This document shows positions 63,553-64,000 of a DNA stretch of 64,000 bases, in pieces. The DNA comes from Candidatus Bathyarchaeota archaeon (GTDB lineage Archaea; Thermoproteota; Bathyarchaeia; Bathyarchaeales; Bathycorpusculaceae). The notes below the pieces were generated by a model. It made no database searches. It worked only from the letters and a program-made list of their open reading frames with translations, and had not been told where the DNA came from. The translations under genes and the position numbers were made by a program. Location: contig CAWDYC010000004.1 of NCBI GenBank assembly GCA_963806535.1, positions 128,001-192,000 on the forward strand, read 5' to 3'. Every line of letters begins with the position of its first letter. Within the stretch, counting starts at the first letter, position 1.

Positions 63553-64000
63553 ATGATTTTGGAAAGGTCGTTCTACCAACAAGAAGTAATGACGGTTGCA
63601 AAAGAGCTTCTTGGAAAAATTCTGATTCATGAATCCGCTGATGGCATCACAGCAGGCAGAATAGTTGAGACGGAAGCTTACATGGGACCTGAAGATCAAG
63701 CTGCTCACAGTTCCGGCGGTCGCCGAACAGCCAGAAACGAAGTTATGTATGGATCAAAAGGCCATGCATACGTTTATTTCATCTACGGTTTATATTGGTG
63801 CTTTAACTTAACTGCGGGTGCAGTTCCTGGAAAACCTGAAGCTGTTCTTCTCAGGGCGCTTGAACCAGTTACGGGCGAAGATATTATGGCAAAACGTCGA
63901 GGAATAACTGGGGGAAAGGCTACTAACTTGACAAATGGTCCCAGCAAACTATGCATGGCAATGGGCATATCCAAGACTTCAGAATAAAGCAGATCTAACA
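63553..64000 (+). CDS. mpg: 3-methyladenine DNA glycosylase (MPG), probably continues past the window
   Basis: IVETEAY, AYVYFIYG, AVLLRA.EP, TNGPSKLC. Confidence 0.92.

Noticed and set aside
5137-63974. Many short antisense or alternate-frame ORFs in the track overlapping confident genes
   Set aside because: No motifs; shadows of real coding sequences
1-64000. Widespread frameshifts as pseudogenisation or programmed frameshifting
   Set aside because: They also hit essential genes (rpl1, rpl10), are mostly single-base indels often near homopolymers, and leave motifs intact, which fits long-read consensus error

Overview
Archaeal chromosomal window, most consistent with Bathyarchaeia/TACK (inferred from histone plus Cren7-like protein, TBP, SecE-Spt5-L11-L1-L10, Trm11, RNase Z, AhbABCD). 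Many genes, including essential rpl1 and rpl10, carry 1-bp frameshifts that are best read as long-read consensus errors. It is mostly housekeeping and metabolic genes, two tRNAs (Arg-TCT, Gln-CTG) and a ~1 kb collapsed element with a split SSV-type integrase in tRNA-Arg. The main unexplained signal is non-coding: three free-standing ~100-nt elements (9038-9146, 9393-9502, 40696-40794) fold into exact 3-4-3 bulge-helix-bulge (BHB) splicing motifs with compensatory changes, outside any tRNA or rRNA. Their enclosed 84-95 nt segments carry pyrimidine-rich tracts, two of which read as antisense to a purine-rich leader plus ATG; one has a 14-nt perfect match at 9841-9854. This suggests a family of EndA/RtcB-generated, probably circular, antisense small RNAs (inference). 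Other points of interest are an 18-aa PAKK-type Lys-rich micro-gene divergent from the histone, a CdrS-like regulator followed by a 95-aa ORF where ftsZ is expected, and an orphan Pvc16/DUF4255-like gene.
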